DNA of 18,651 nt, taken from IMG/VR virus record IMGVR_UViG_3300045988_005064, positions 1 through 18,651 of that record; one strand, written 5' to 3'. Every line of letters starts with the position of its first letter. The stretch's first letter is position 1. The position numbers and the translations under genes are program-made. This document shows, in pieces, positions 1 through 7,338 of the stretch. The notes under the pieces were generated by a model that saw nothing but the letters and a program-made list of their open reading frames with translations, was not told where the DNA came from and did not search any database. This DNA comes from a virus.

Positions 1-207
1 GGAGGGGAGGGTCCCTAGCAGCTATCCTTTTTCCATAACTGCTCTGTTCTGTGTTCTGCATTGCTGTTGCTTTGTGTGTTTTTGTGTTGCTGTTGCTCTC
101 TGTGTTTTTCATCCTCGTTCTTTGTGTGTTTTTTTCTTTGCCTTGTTTTGTTCTCATTTTTTTGTGTGTTTTGGGTGTGTTGTTTTTTGTGGTGTGGTAT
201 GATGTGA
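1..207. repeat. Left inverted terminal repeat (perfect 207 bp; 229 bp with 4 mismatches)
   Basis: Checked base by base: 1-207 is the exact reverse complement of 18445-18651. After a diverged 7-nt block (208-214), identity resumes at 215-229. Confidence 0.97.
195..203 (+). promoter_or_regulatory. Extended -10 promoter TGGTATGAT (left-end, inward-facing), copy 1
   Basis: TGnTATGAT lies about 28 nt upstream of the ATG at 231, followed by the leader GTGATTGTTGGCCGATAAGGAAGGAA containing the SD. The same 35-nt block recurs at 549-583 and, inverted, at 18423-18457. Confidence 0.6.
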
Positions 208-230
208 TTGTTGGCCGATAAGGAAGGAAA

Positions 231-491
231 ATGGTTATGAAGAGTCAAGGTAAGTTTGAAGTCGCTGATATGAAAACTAATCTCATATGGTGTTTCCGAT
301 GGGAGTATTGTAACGATGATGGCGGCTATGCGCCACACTATAATTTCTACGTCTGGAATGACGTCTGTGGGTACTGGACGAGCGTGTATAGTTCGTTTGA
401 TTTAAACGAGGGTGTGGCATATATCGAACATATGGATAAATTGGAATTGAATGCGCGTCTTGTAGAGCAAGCTTTGCAGTTTGAGGTTTAA
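231..491 (+). CDS. Hypothetical small early protein (86 aa)
   Basis: ORF directly behind the promoter-leader cassette, with SD AAGGAAGGAA. No recognisable family. Confidence 0.6.
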   Translation: MVMKSQGKFEVADMKTNLIWCFRWEYCNDDGGYAPHYNFYVWNDVCGYWTSVYSSFDLNEGVAYIEHMDKLELNARLVEQALQFEV

Positions 492-548
492 CATGTTCGC
501 TTCGGTTCTCATTATCTGCGTGTGCGTTTTTGGTGTTGTCGTCGTTTT

Positions 549-557
549 TGGTATGAT
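549..557 (+). promoter_or_regulatory. Extended -10 promoter TGGTATGAT, copy 2
   Basis: 549-583 is a 35/35 identical direct repeat of 195-229. It sits upstream of the ATG at 593. Confidence 0.6.
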
Positions 558-592
558 GTGATTGTTGGCCGATAAGGAAGGAAGTAAATAAA

Positions 593-847
593 ATGATTAC
601 GTTTGATGCTATTGTTGGCGAGATTGAAGAAGATACCTCGTATGAGGTTGATATCAAGGGAATAATCTCTACTACTGTCACAGATTGTGGTGACATTAAC
701 GATAGTGTTGTTTCGTTCGAGTCGGCACTTTCTTCATGCGTAGAGCTTATGTTGAGTGATGATTACGAACTTGAGCTTGTGAAGAAATGTCGTATTAATG
801 GCCGCCGATACCGTAAATATGTTGTCTCGATTGACAACGGCGATTGA
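593..847 (+). CDS. Hypothetical small acidic early protein (84 aa)
   Basis: ORF behind the second promoter-leader cassette, with SD AAGGAAGGAA 9 nt upstream. It is followed by the terminator at 853-883. Confidence 0.6.
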   Translation: MITFDAIVGEIEEDTSYEVDIKGIISTTVTDCGDINDSVVSFESALSSCVELMLSDDYELELVKKCRINGRRYRKYVVSIDNGD

Positions 848-852
848 CATAT

Positions 853-883
853 AAAAAAGCCCCGCAAGGTGCGGGGCTTTTTT
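853..883. terminator. Bidirectional intrinsic terminator
   Basis: AAAAAA-GCCCCGC-AAGGT-GCGGGGC-TTTTTT. A GC stem is flanked by an A6 and a T6 run, lying between the convergent genes 593-847 (+) and 895-1953 (-). Confidence 0.85.
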
Positions 884-894
884 ATGCCGTGATG

Positions 895-1953
895 TTAGTA
901 GGATAGAGTTTCGCCAGGGTAAATGAGATTCATATTACCTGAACTATATCCGGCGATATTGTACATGCTGACTCCGAGCCAAGCGGCAATGCCGCTAAGC
1001 GTGTCGCCCGATTGCACCACATATGTGCGCGACGCCGTTGCGGTATTGCCGCCACCGTTGTGGCATACCTTGTCTCCAGGATATACGATTGACGGATTTC
1101 CGCTGGGTACGCTTACGTTCCACCAGTCGGCCCAGAACATCGAAACGTACTGGCCTGACTGGACGATAACGCAATTGGTGTTGCATGTGGTGGTCGGCTT
1201 GCTGGGCTGTGGCGTTGGTTGCGGGCGGGCGGGCGTGGATGCAATCTGTCCGCTACCTGCGTACGCGTACCATGTATTGAGGTCGCCATATATCACGCTT
1301 AGGTCAAGTGCGCCGCTCCAGTCACCAACGTAGCCGGTTGACGTGTACTGCCATGCGACGGCAAACGGCCAATGGTAAAGAGTTGGTTGCGCCGATGGCG
1401 GATTGAATCCGTAGACCGGTGTGTATCCGAGCGTATATGCGGCAATCCACAGTCCATAATTTCCGGAGACAACCGCCGACCAGTCGTAAGCATTTTCCGT
1501 AGACTGATTCATGTAGATTATTGGCTTGGTGCCCCACGCCGCCTCTACGGCGCGGAGCCATGTGAGCGCCCAGTCGGTGTTCCACGGAGCGGACGGTTCC
1601 CAATCGAGTATCGGCACTATACCTTTTCCGACGTATCCGCGCGTATTGTCGATGAAGTATTGAGCTTCGCGTCGTGCATCATTTTCCGTGTGGGCAAAGT
1701 GGTAGACGCCTACGCCTTGCCCTGCCGCTAAAGCGTCCTGCACTACGCGGTCACAATCGGGATTAACGTATCCGACGCCCTCGGTTGCCTTGGTGACGAC
1801 AATTTGTGCGCCGGACGTGGTGACGTTGATGCCGGTCTGCCAACTAGACACGTCTATCATGTCCGCAGCGTCCGCGCACGGCGCGAATGCCAACAGTAGG
1901 ATGACGACTGCCGCAATCGCACTGCATGCGGTTGTTTTAATCCTCTTTATCAT
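895..1953 (-). CDS. Endolysin: N-terminal signal peptide, GH25 muramidase, C-terminal LysM repeats
   Basis: The N-terminus MIKRIKTT-ACSAIAAVVILLLAFAPCADA looks like a Sec signal. DVSSWQ...KATEG...YHF is a GH25-type pattern. There is a Pro/Thr linker, and the C-terminal YVVQSGDTLSGIAAWLGVS...IYPGETL is a canonical LysM preceded by a degenerate one. SD AAAGGAAGGGA. Confidence 0.85.
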   Translation of the reverse strand: MIKRIKTTACSAIAAVVILLLAFAPCADAADMIDVSSWQTGINVTTSGAQIVVTKATEGVGYVNPDCDRVVQDALAAGQGVGVYHFAHTENDARREAQYFIDNTRGYVGKGIVPILDWEPSAPWNTDWALTWLRAVEAAWGTKPIIYMNQSTENAYDWSAVVSGNYGLWIAAYTLGYTPVYGFNPPSAQPTLYHWPFAVAWQYTSTGYVGDWSGALDLSVIYGDLNTWYAYAGSGQIASTPARPQPTPQPSKPTTTCNTNCVIVQSGQYVSMFWADWWNVSVPSGNPSIVYPGDKVCHNGGGNTATASRTYVVQSGDTLSGIAAWLGVSMYNIAGYSSGNMNLIYPGETLSY

Positions 1954-2302
1954 TGTTTCCCTTCCTTTCGATGTTGAAAATGTTCAGAATGTTTGAGCCG
2001 CTTAATTCTGGATTGATTTTTACGCAATTCTCCATGATCGACGTAATTTCAATTAGGCAGATGCCTACGCATACCGGAATGAATACCGGTAGTTCGATTC
2101 CTAGGTCAATGTAGTCCGAGCCGTATTCCACGATCAACGCGACGCAAATAATCGCCAAGTATGCGAACTTGTGGCCGAGGCCTTTCCGCATTTTTTCGCT
2201 GGACAATTCGCCGTGCATGATTGCGTTGACCACACCTGTCACGTAATCAATAAGCACCAACAGAAACACGATGCCGATAACGATTAATTCATGAACTGGC
2301 AT
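1937..2302 (-). CDS. Holin (phage_holin_4_1 / TcdE-like class, 3 predicted TM segments)
   Basis: 121 aa with three hydrophobic helices and a charged C-terminal tail (ERKGNNDKED). It lies immediately upstream of, and overlaps, the endolysin start. SD AAGGA. Confidence 0.75.
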   Translation of the reverse strand: MPVHELIVIGIVFLLVLIDYVTGVVNAIMHGELSSEKMRKGLGHKFAYLAIICVALIVEYGSDYIDLGIELPVFIPVCVGICLIEITSIMENCVKINPELSGSNILNIFNIERKGNNDKED

Positions 2303-2311
2303 GTATATTCC

Positions 2312-3418
2312 TTACTTTCTTATGCCTGATTGTTGCAACAAGCCGCCAAGAATCATACTGAATTCCGCTTTAATTTGCGGGGTCTCGAACCGTAATCTAC
2401 CGACGCGATAAGCGTTCAGTATTTTTTGCGTCATGTCGTCGGAGCGCTTGAGCATCATGCAATTATTATCGACCAGCCGATAGTCAAACGTAAAATCCCT
2501 TGTGATTTTCGGCTGTTTTTTTGTGATGATATACAAGACTTCGTCGGTGTCGCTTAATTGCTGATAAACGTTGAAAATACCGTATTCGGTGGTTCTTAAT
2601 GTGAACGCATAACCGGCGTTATTGAAATCACTAATGAGAGCATTAGCATTGTCTCTAAAATCGTTATTGATCGCATAATTCGCATAATTCTCGTCATACC
2701 TGCGTAAAAACTGTCCGAATTTGGATGTGGCGACCTTGGCGCTGAACCCGCCGTAATCGGCCAGTTCCACCATAATAAATCCGTCGCAATACCGTTGATA
2801 TTGCGTATGATTATCCAGTTGCGGTTTCAGATTGATACTGAACGCGCTAAAGTACGGATTAGCAAGCGTCACCGCGTTACTGCACATGATGACCCTAACG
2901 CGATCGTTCCATCTATCGACGGTATTGTAAAATTCCTCAAGCGCCGTGACCTCTCCGCCAAGGTATCGCATATTATCCGGAAATATTTCATCGAAGATAA
3001 TGGTCCGGACTTTTGGGTAAGCGACTGATTTCACCTGTCCGGCCTGCGATAGGGCGATGAAGTATCCTATGATGTGCCATGTCGAGCGTTGCTTACCGTG
3101 CTTATCGGTGGTGGCGTCACGGTCGTCCAGCCAGTGACATTCGGCCTGATTTCCGGACACTCTGAATTCTAACTCTGGATATTGCTCCGCGATATCCGCA
3201 AACCACGTGCCTTTATTCTTCTGTTCCTCGGCGGTTCGGCGGAGGTAGATGAATTGCCAGCGTTTTTTTATCCAGTCGCCTATGACCAGTTTTTTGGCGC
3301 CATAGGTTTTGCCGAGGCCGCGCGCGCCGATGACGAACATCCAAGGCGCGTGATAGGACAGCACGCGTCCATAATCATAGTAATCGCCCTCGCTTAACAG
3401 CCTCTCCATATTATCCAT
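2312..3418 (-). CDS. DNA encapsidation (packaging) ATPase, phi29 gp16-like
   Basis: Walker A is VIGARGLGKTYGAKK and Walker B is TIIFDEIF. RVRVIMCSNAVTLANPYF parallels phi29 gp16 RVRCICLSNAVSVVNPYF (recalled). Size is similar (368 vs 332 aa). Confidence 0.9.
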   Translation of the reverse strand: MDNMERLLSEGDYYDYGRVLSYHAPWMFVIGARGLGKTYGAKKLVIGDWIKKRWQFIYLRRTAEEQKNKGTWFADIAEQYPELEFRVSGNQAECHWLDDRDATTDKHGKQRSTWHIIGYFIALSQAGQVKSVAYPKVRTIIFDEIFPDNMRYLGGEVTALEEFYNTVDRWNDRVRVIMCSNAVTLANPYFSAFSINLKPQLDNHTQYQRYCDGFIMVELADYGGFSAKVATSKFGQFLRRYDENYANYAINNDFRDNANALISDFNNAGYAFTLRTTEYGIFNVYQQLSDTDEVLYIITKKQPKITRDFTFDYRLVDNNCMMLKRSDDMTQKILNAYRVGRLRFETPQIKAEFSMILGGLLQQSGIRK

Positions 3419-3470
3419 GATACCATAAGGTATGGATGAACCGGTAGATATCTGCCGGTTTACCGTTATA

Positions 3471-4736
3471 CTAATCGGTGATGTACCGGCGTATCTCCCA
3501 CCTGCTCGCCATATTCATTTCATCCGACGCGGTGAACAGATTCGGCCCATTGCCCGGCCCCCCGTGCGATAATGTCTCATCCTTGCCGTCCGCCGTAAAC
3601 ATTTCCACATGGTCCCACGCCTGCGTATAGGCACCCCAATCCAGCAACAGCAAGTCGGCGGCGTGAGCCTTGGCGATAGCATCCGACACCGATGTGTCGG
3701 AGCTGCCGCAGACGCGAGTGCCCTTGCTTGCCATCTGGCCTGTCCATGTGCCCACGTCAATGCCAAGCACGTCCTGATACGCTCGCCAACATACACTGGA
3801 GCAATCGCCGTACCCGCTCGACTCGGGATCTAATCGGCCTGCACCCTGCGAATAAGCGTATTTGCCGATGCGTGACCGCAACCATTCCACGACACGTGCC
3901 GCGTCCTCGCTGCTACTGCCGGAACTGGAACCGCCGCCAGTCTGGCCGCCGTCCGGTTTGGTTGATTTGGAAGTCTTGTACATCCATGTCTGTGCGACGC
4001 TTTTTACGAAAATGGCGGTACTGTCTCCGCTATGGTATATGAGGTTGTCGCCTTGCAATTGTATCCACGCGGTGCTGCTAGGTTTTCCGTCGATGCCGGG
4101 CTGGTCGCCTCCCGGCGTGTCGGACGGTTCGGAGGTCTGGCCGAAGTCAGGCGGCGCGGACGTGCCATCCCACGATTTCAGTAGGTTGTACGCGGTGGTA
4201 TACCGATTACGGTACTGGCCTAATACGCCATCCGCCAAGATGGTGGTGTAAATCAATTCCAGCGTGGCCGTGGCGGAGCATGATGCAAGTACGCGCTGCG
4301 CTTGCGCCGGGCTCTGGTGGTAGGCGCAAGCCCATAAGATGCGCTCTCTTACGTTCCCTGACGGAAACCCATATCCATCCATAGTGGACTGGTAGCCGTT
4401 CCAATCTGCCTCCCACTGCGACTCTTGGAAGGCATGGTTTTCGTCGCGTCGCGCCCACATTTTCCACGCATTGCCCTCGGCGGTGGATAGATAGCGCGTC
4501 GTCCAATTGATAGAGTTCGCCTGCACTTGGCTGGTGAGTGTCGGCGCTGCGGCGGCGAACGTTGTCCATCCGTTCGGGTCGGCTGTGCGGCCGCGTTCCA
4601 GTAGATTGCGGGCGCGATTGCCGTACCACTGCATCATGCCAATAGTGATGGCGTCAACATAATTGCATGCGCTCCAATCGCAATTGCTTTCCACCGTGCC
4701 GATAACGTACATCGCGTATAGTGCCGTATTGTCCAT
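3471..4736 (-). CDS. Tail-associated cell-wall hydrolase: N-terminal gp13-like lysozyme, Gly/Ser linker, C-terminal NlpC/P60 endopeptidase
   Basis: The N-terminus GTVESN...ITIGMMQWYG resembles the phage tail lysozyme (phi29 gp13 N-domain) ES...G.QW pattern. The linker is GGQTGGGSSSGSSS. The C-terminus has YSQGAGR...GYGDCSSVCWRAY...DLLLLDW...WDHVEMF, the NlpC/P60 Cys-His pattern. Confidence 0.75.
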   Translation of the reverse strand: MDNTALYAMYVIGTVESNCDWSACNYVDAITIGMMQWYGNRARNLLERGRTADPNGWTTFAAAAPTLTSQVQANSINWTTRYLSTAEGNAWKMWARRDENHAFQESQWEADWNGYQSTMDGYGFPSGNVRERILWACAYHQSPAQAQRVLASCSATATLELIYTTILADGVLGQYRNRYTTAYNLLKSWDGTSAPPDFGQTSEPSDTPGGDQPGIDGKPSSTAWIQLQGDNLIYHSGDSTAIFVKSVAQTWMYKTSKSTKPDGGQTGGGSSSGSSSEDAARVVEWLRSRIGKYAYSQGAGRLDPESSGYGDCSSVCWRAYQDVLGIDVGTWTGQMASKGTRVCGSSDTSVSDAIAKAHAADLLLLDWGAYTQAWDHVEMFTADGKDETLSHGGPGNGPNLFTASDEMNMASRWEIRRYITD

Positions 4737-4749
4737 GATAATAGCATAC

Positions 4750-4771
4750 CCCGCCCGGTATACCGAGCGGG
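4750..4771 (-). terminator. Stem-loop after fibre gene (9-bp stem, UAUA loop), possible terminator or mRNA stabiliser
   Basis: Minus-strand RNA reads CCCGCUCGG-UAUA-CCGGGCGGG with one U.G wobble. The same position is a C.A mismatch on the plus strand. The following GUAUGCUAUUAUC is only weakly U-rich. Confidence 0.45.
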
Positions 4772-4800
4772 ATATGGATTAGATCTTCAAGCGAAAACAC

Positions 4801-6246
4801 TCACCACGGATAACATACGAAACAGCCATTGTTACCTGCGGCAGTATTTCCGAAGTAGGTGATCCTAGGAGCGCCGGACGTTCCCGAATTCACGTCGCTT
4901 AACAGCCAGCCACTTATGGCGGAGCCGGAGTTAGTCAAGCCCGCACCCCACGTCCTGAACTGGTTGGGCGAGGAACCAGCGGCCACTCTGGCCCAGCCCG
5001 GAAACGTAAGACCGGCCTGCAGTTCGGCATTTGTGGATCCATCCTCGCCCCAAAGTGTTGCGAAAACCATGCCACCAGACGCCACGATATTGCTATGTAC
5101 ACGGCCGCTGGATGAAGAGAGGGTGGCCGCTTCGTAGCGTCCGGTATAGGTGCCTCGGATCGCGGAGGCCATATAGGATGCGATGACCTTCGAGCCGTTT
5201 GCGTTCGGGTGGATGTCGCCGCTTGGGAAATTAGAATCGTTGCCAATATTCCATGTCCAAGCCCAATCAACATTTTCCACGCCGTTTTTGGCAGCAGCCT
5301 GCGCAACGCCCGAAGCTTTCTGCCGGCCGTACATGTCCATACCGGCATTATGCCAGAGCATAGGCACGGAGATGATGCGAGCTTTAGGGAACTTGGCGCG
5401 CGCATTGGAGAACGTAGCGTCCGCATATGATTCCATCTGCGGCGTGGTGCCGATATCATTCCGGCCGCCTCCGATGATGATGATCGCCACATTATCGTTA
5501 TCGATGTCCGAAGCGCTGTAAGCATTGTTGATCTGGTCGGTGAACGTTTTACCAGAGACATTGAATCCGGCACCTGTGACCGAATAATTTTTAACTCGAT
5601 AATCATTGCCGATGATGTTGCGGAGTTGTGTCGGCCACTTGGTCGCGTCCGTACCGTCCGGATTGACATTCCCGGACGAATTGGCGTAACTGTCTCCGAT
5701 GCATAGGCAGATTGGCGGCTGGTCTTGTGGCGTCGTTTCCAGCGCACGAATACGCTGGTTCAACTGCTGCGCGGTTCCGGAATATCCGCCCTGCTTGGTA
5801 AACGTCGTATCAGCCTGACTCTTGGTGTACACATCGGAGGTGTTCGCCTTGGTATTAACCGTGCTGGATAGCGAAGATACGGTACTCTTAAGCAAGGTCA
5901 GTTCGGTACCCTCCGCCTTGCCGTTGATGGTATCCATAAGCTGCTGCGCGGTTGATTCCGACGTGACGCCGAGCTTGCCGAAATAGCCATCCAAGTCGGC
6001 AATATCGTTCTTGTTGGCCTGCGCGAGGTTTGTGGCGACGTTAGCCGCTGTCTTAGCCTCGCCCGCCGACGCGGTTGCGTTGTTCGCCGCTGCCGTCGCC
6101 GTGGTGATGTTGGTGGCGTTGGCGTACATCTGATTGTCGATTTTCGTCATAGCGTCGGTGAAATCGCCGCGCCATGACGGACGGTCGTTTGGATTGTCGC
6201 CAAATGTCGGCAGATTGTAGTGTCCGGTATGCTGTGTGGTGGACAT
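4801..6246 (-). CDS. Tail fibre / receptor-binding protein carrying an SGNH (GDSL) esterase domain
   Basis: SGNH blocks are I CIGDSYANSS, III IIIGGGRNDI and V GDIHPN. The N-terminal 45 aa are paralogous to the ORF at 6263-6682, and a coiled Ala/Thr/Asn-rich stalk follows. Start trimmed to the ATG at 6246 (MSTTQH), 7 nt behind SD AAAGGAG. Confidence 0.75.
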   Translation of the reverse strand: MSTTQHTGHYNLPTFGDNPNDRPSWRGDFTDAMTKIDNQMYANATNITTATAAANNATASAGEAKTAANVATNLAQANKNDIADLDGYFGKLGVTSESTAQQLMDTINGKAEGTELTLLKSTVSSLSSTVNTKANTSDVYTKSQADTTFTKQGGYSGTAQQLNQRIRALETTPQDQPPICLCIGDSYANSSGNVNPDGTDATKWPTQLRNIIGNDYRVKNYSVTGAGFNVSGKTFTDQINNAYSASDIDNDNVAIIIIGGGRNDIGTTPQMESYADATFSNARAKFPKARIISVPMLWHNAGMDMYGRQKASGVAQAAAKNGVENVDWAWTWNIGNDSNFPSGDIHPNANGSKVIASYMASAIRGTYTGRYEAATLSSSSGRVHSNIVASGGMVFATLWGEDGSTNAELQAGLTFPGWARVAAGSSPNQFRTWGAGLTNSGSAISGWLLSDVNSGTSGAPRITYFGNTAAGNNGCFVCYPW

Positions 6247-6262
6247 TGTTGTTCTCCTTTTT

Positions 6263-6682
6263 CTAGGCTTTAGCGTTACCAATGCGGACGATGCCGTTCG
6301 CGTCCTTGTACATAGAATCAAGTTCGGTCGCCGTCAATCCGAGCGTTCCAGGCTGCGAGGCGTTTTTATCGACCTTGCCCGCAAGCCCGGAAGTAAGGGC
6401 GGAGGTGGTGGCGAATCTACTTACGTCCGGAATATCGGCCTTCTTGGCGACGGTGCTCGCCACGCCCAACGGAGAATTGGACGTACCTTTGCCGGTAAGA
6501 TCGTCGGTGTGCGACACCGACGTAAGCCTGTCCGCGGCGGCAGATGCGATATCGTCCGCGTTTTGCTTCATCCGCGCGTCAATCTTCGCCATGTCGCCGT
6601 TGTAATCAACGAGCCATGTTGGACGGTCGGTGCCGACAAACTGGCTAAGTTTGTAATTTGCTGTCTTGTTGGTCGCAGTCAT
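6263..6682 (-). CDS. Small fibre-like structural protein sharing the N-terminal module of the SGNH fibre
   Basis: NYKLSQFVGTDRPTWLVDYNGDMAKIDARM aligns with HYNLPTFGDNPNDRPSWRGDFTDAMTKIDNQM of the next gene. SD GGAAAGGA. Located in the structural module. Confidence 0.6.
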   Translation of the reverse strand: MTATNKTANYKLSQFVGTDRPTWLVDYNGDMAKIDARMKQNADDIASAAADRLTSVSHTDDLTGKGTSNSPLGVASTVAKKADIPDVSRFATTSALTSGLAGKVDKNASQPGTLGLTATELDSMYKDANGIVRIGNAKA

Positions 6683-6687
6683 GGTAA

Positions 6688-7323
6688 TTATCCTTTCCTA
6701 TCGAAATTGTCTGCGGTTGGATTGCGTTCGACATATCGTGCATCCGCTTCCGATTGCGTGATGAACGACATGTCGGCGGGTGGATTCTCAGGCATGCTCT
6801 TGCCGTAGGGGAATTGTGAGCGGCCCGGAAAATCGCCGGGAACACAATTGTCAACGGCGGTTGCTCTCAAGTCGTATTCGCGGGCATTAAGAGTAAGTCC
6901 ATCGTATTCCTGCGCGGTGAGCCGCATCTTGTCATAATCGCCGAAGAACAGTCCATGAATGCGCGAATTGTCGTACATGCCGCCCAACACTTGCTCGAGC
7001 GGTTGCGTAACACCGTAGACCGGTGATGTCGCCACACCCTGCTGCTTCATCTCATGGATCAGCGAGAGCAATTCCGCACGCAACGCGGCCATGTCCTGAT
7101 TAAGCTGTGCAACGGTATCCGCGAAAGCCTTGTCTACGGATACCGCTAGATCGGCTGTGGCCTCTTCGACTTTGCTTAAGTCGCGCTGGGTGATATCGAG
7201 ATTGTGGCGCAAGCATTCAATCAACTGTAAGGTTGTCAACCCGTCACGATAAGTGAACGGAACAGATGTAGGCACCCCGTCAAACAAGCGTTGCCGTGGA
7301 ACCAGTGCATTAATGGCAACCAT
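6688..7323 (-). CDS. Putative tail appendage / fibre-associated protein with coiled-coil segment
   Basis: Lies between the lower collar and fibre genes. The central heptad-like stretch is DLSKVEEATADLAVSVDKAFADTVAQLNQDMAALRAELLSLIHEMK. Start moved to the ATG at 7323 (GGGAG 5 nt upstream); the ATG at 7335 abuts the SD. Confidence 0.5.
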   Translation of the reverse strand: MVAINALVPRQRLFDGVPTSVPFTYRDGLTTLQLIECLRHNLDITQRDLSKVEEATADLAVSVDKAFADTVAQLNQDMAALRAELLSLIHEMKQQGVATSPVYGVTQPLEQVLGGMYDNSRIHGLFFGDYDKMRLTAQEYDGLTLNAREYDLRATAVDNCVPGDFPGRSQFPYGKSMPENPPADMSFITQSEADARYVERNPTADNFDRKG

Positions 7324-7338
7324 GATTACTCCCATCTC

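Noticed and set aside
15-338. 107-aa minus-strand ORF running through the left ITR
   Set aside because: It is produced by the A/C-rich complement of the T/G-rich repeat (a poly-K/Q/N/H translation). It would have to run outward to the genome end and has no SD. It is a low-complexity artefact.
3462-3473. TAGTATAAC at the tail-lysin stop codon as a fourth stop-codon-embedded promoter
   Set aside because: It lacks the TG extension and ends in C rather than the invariant T of the -10 hexamer. The resemblance to the three consensus sites is suggestive but too weak to call.
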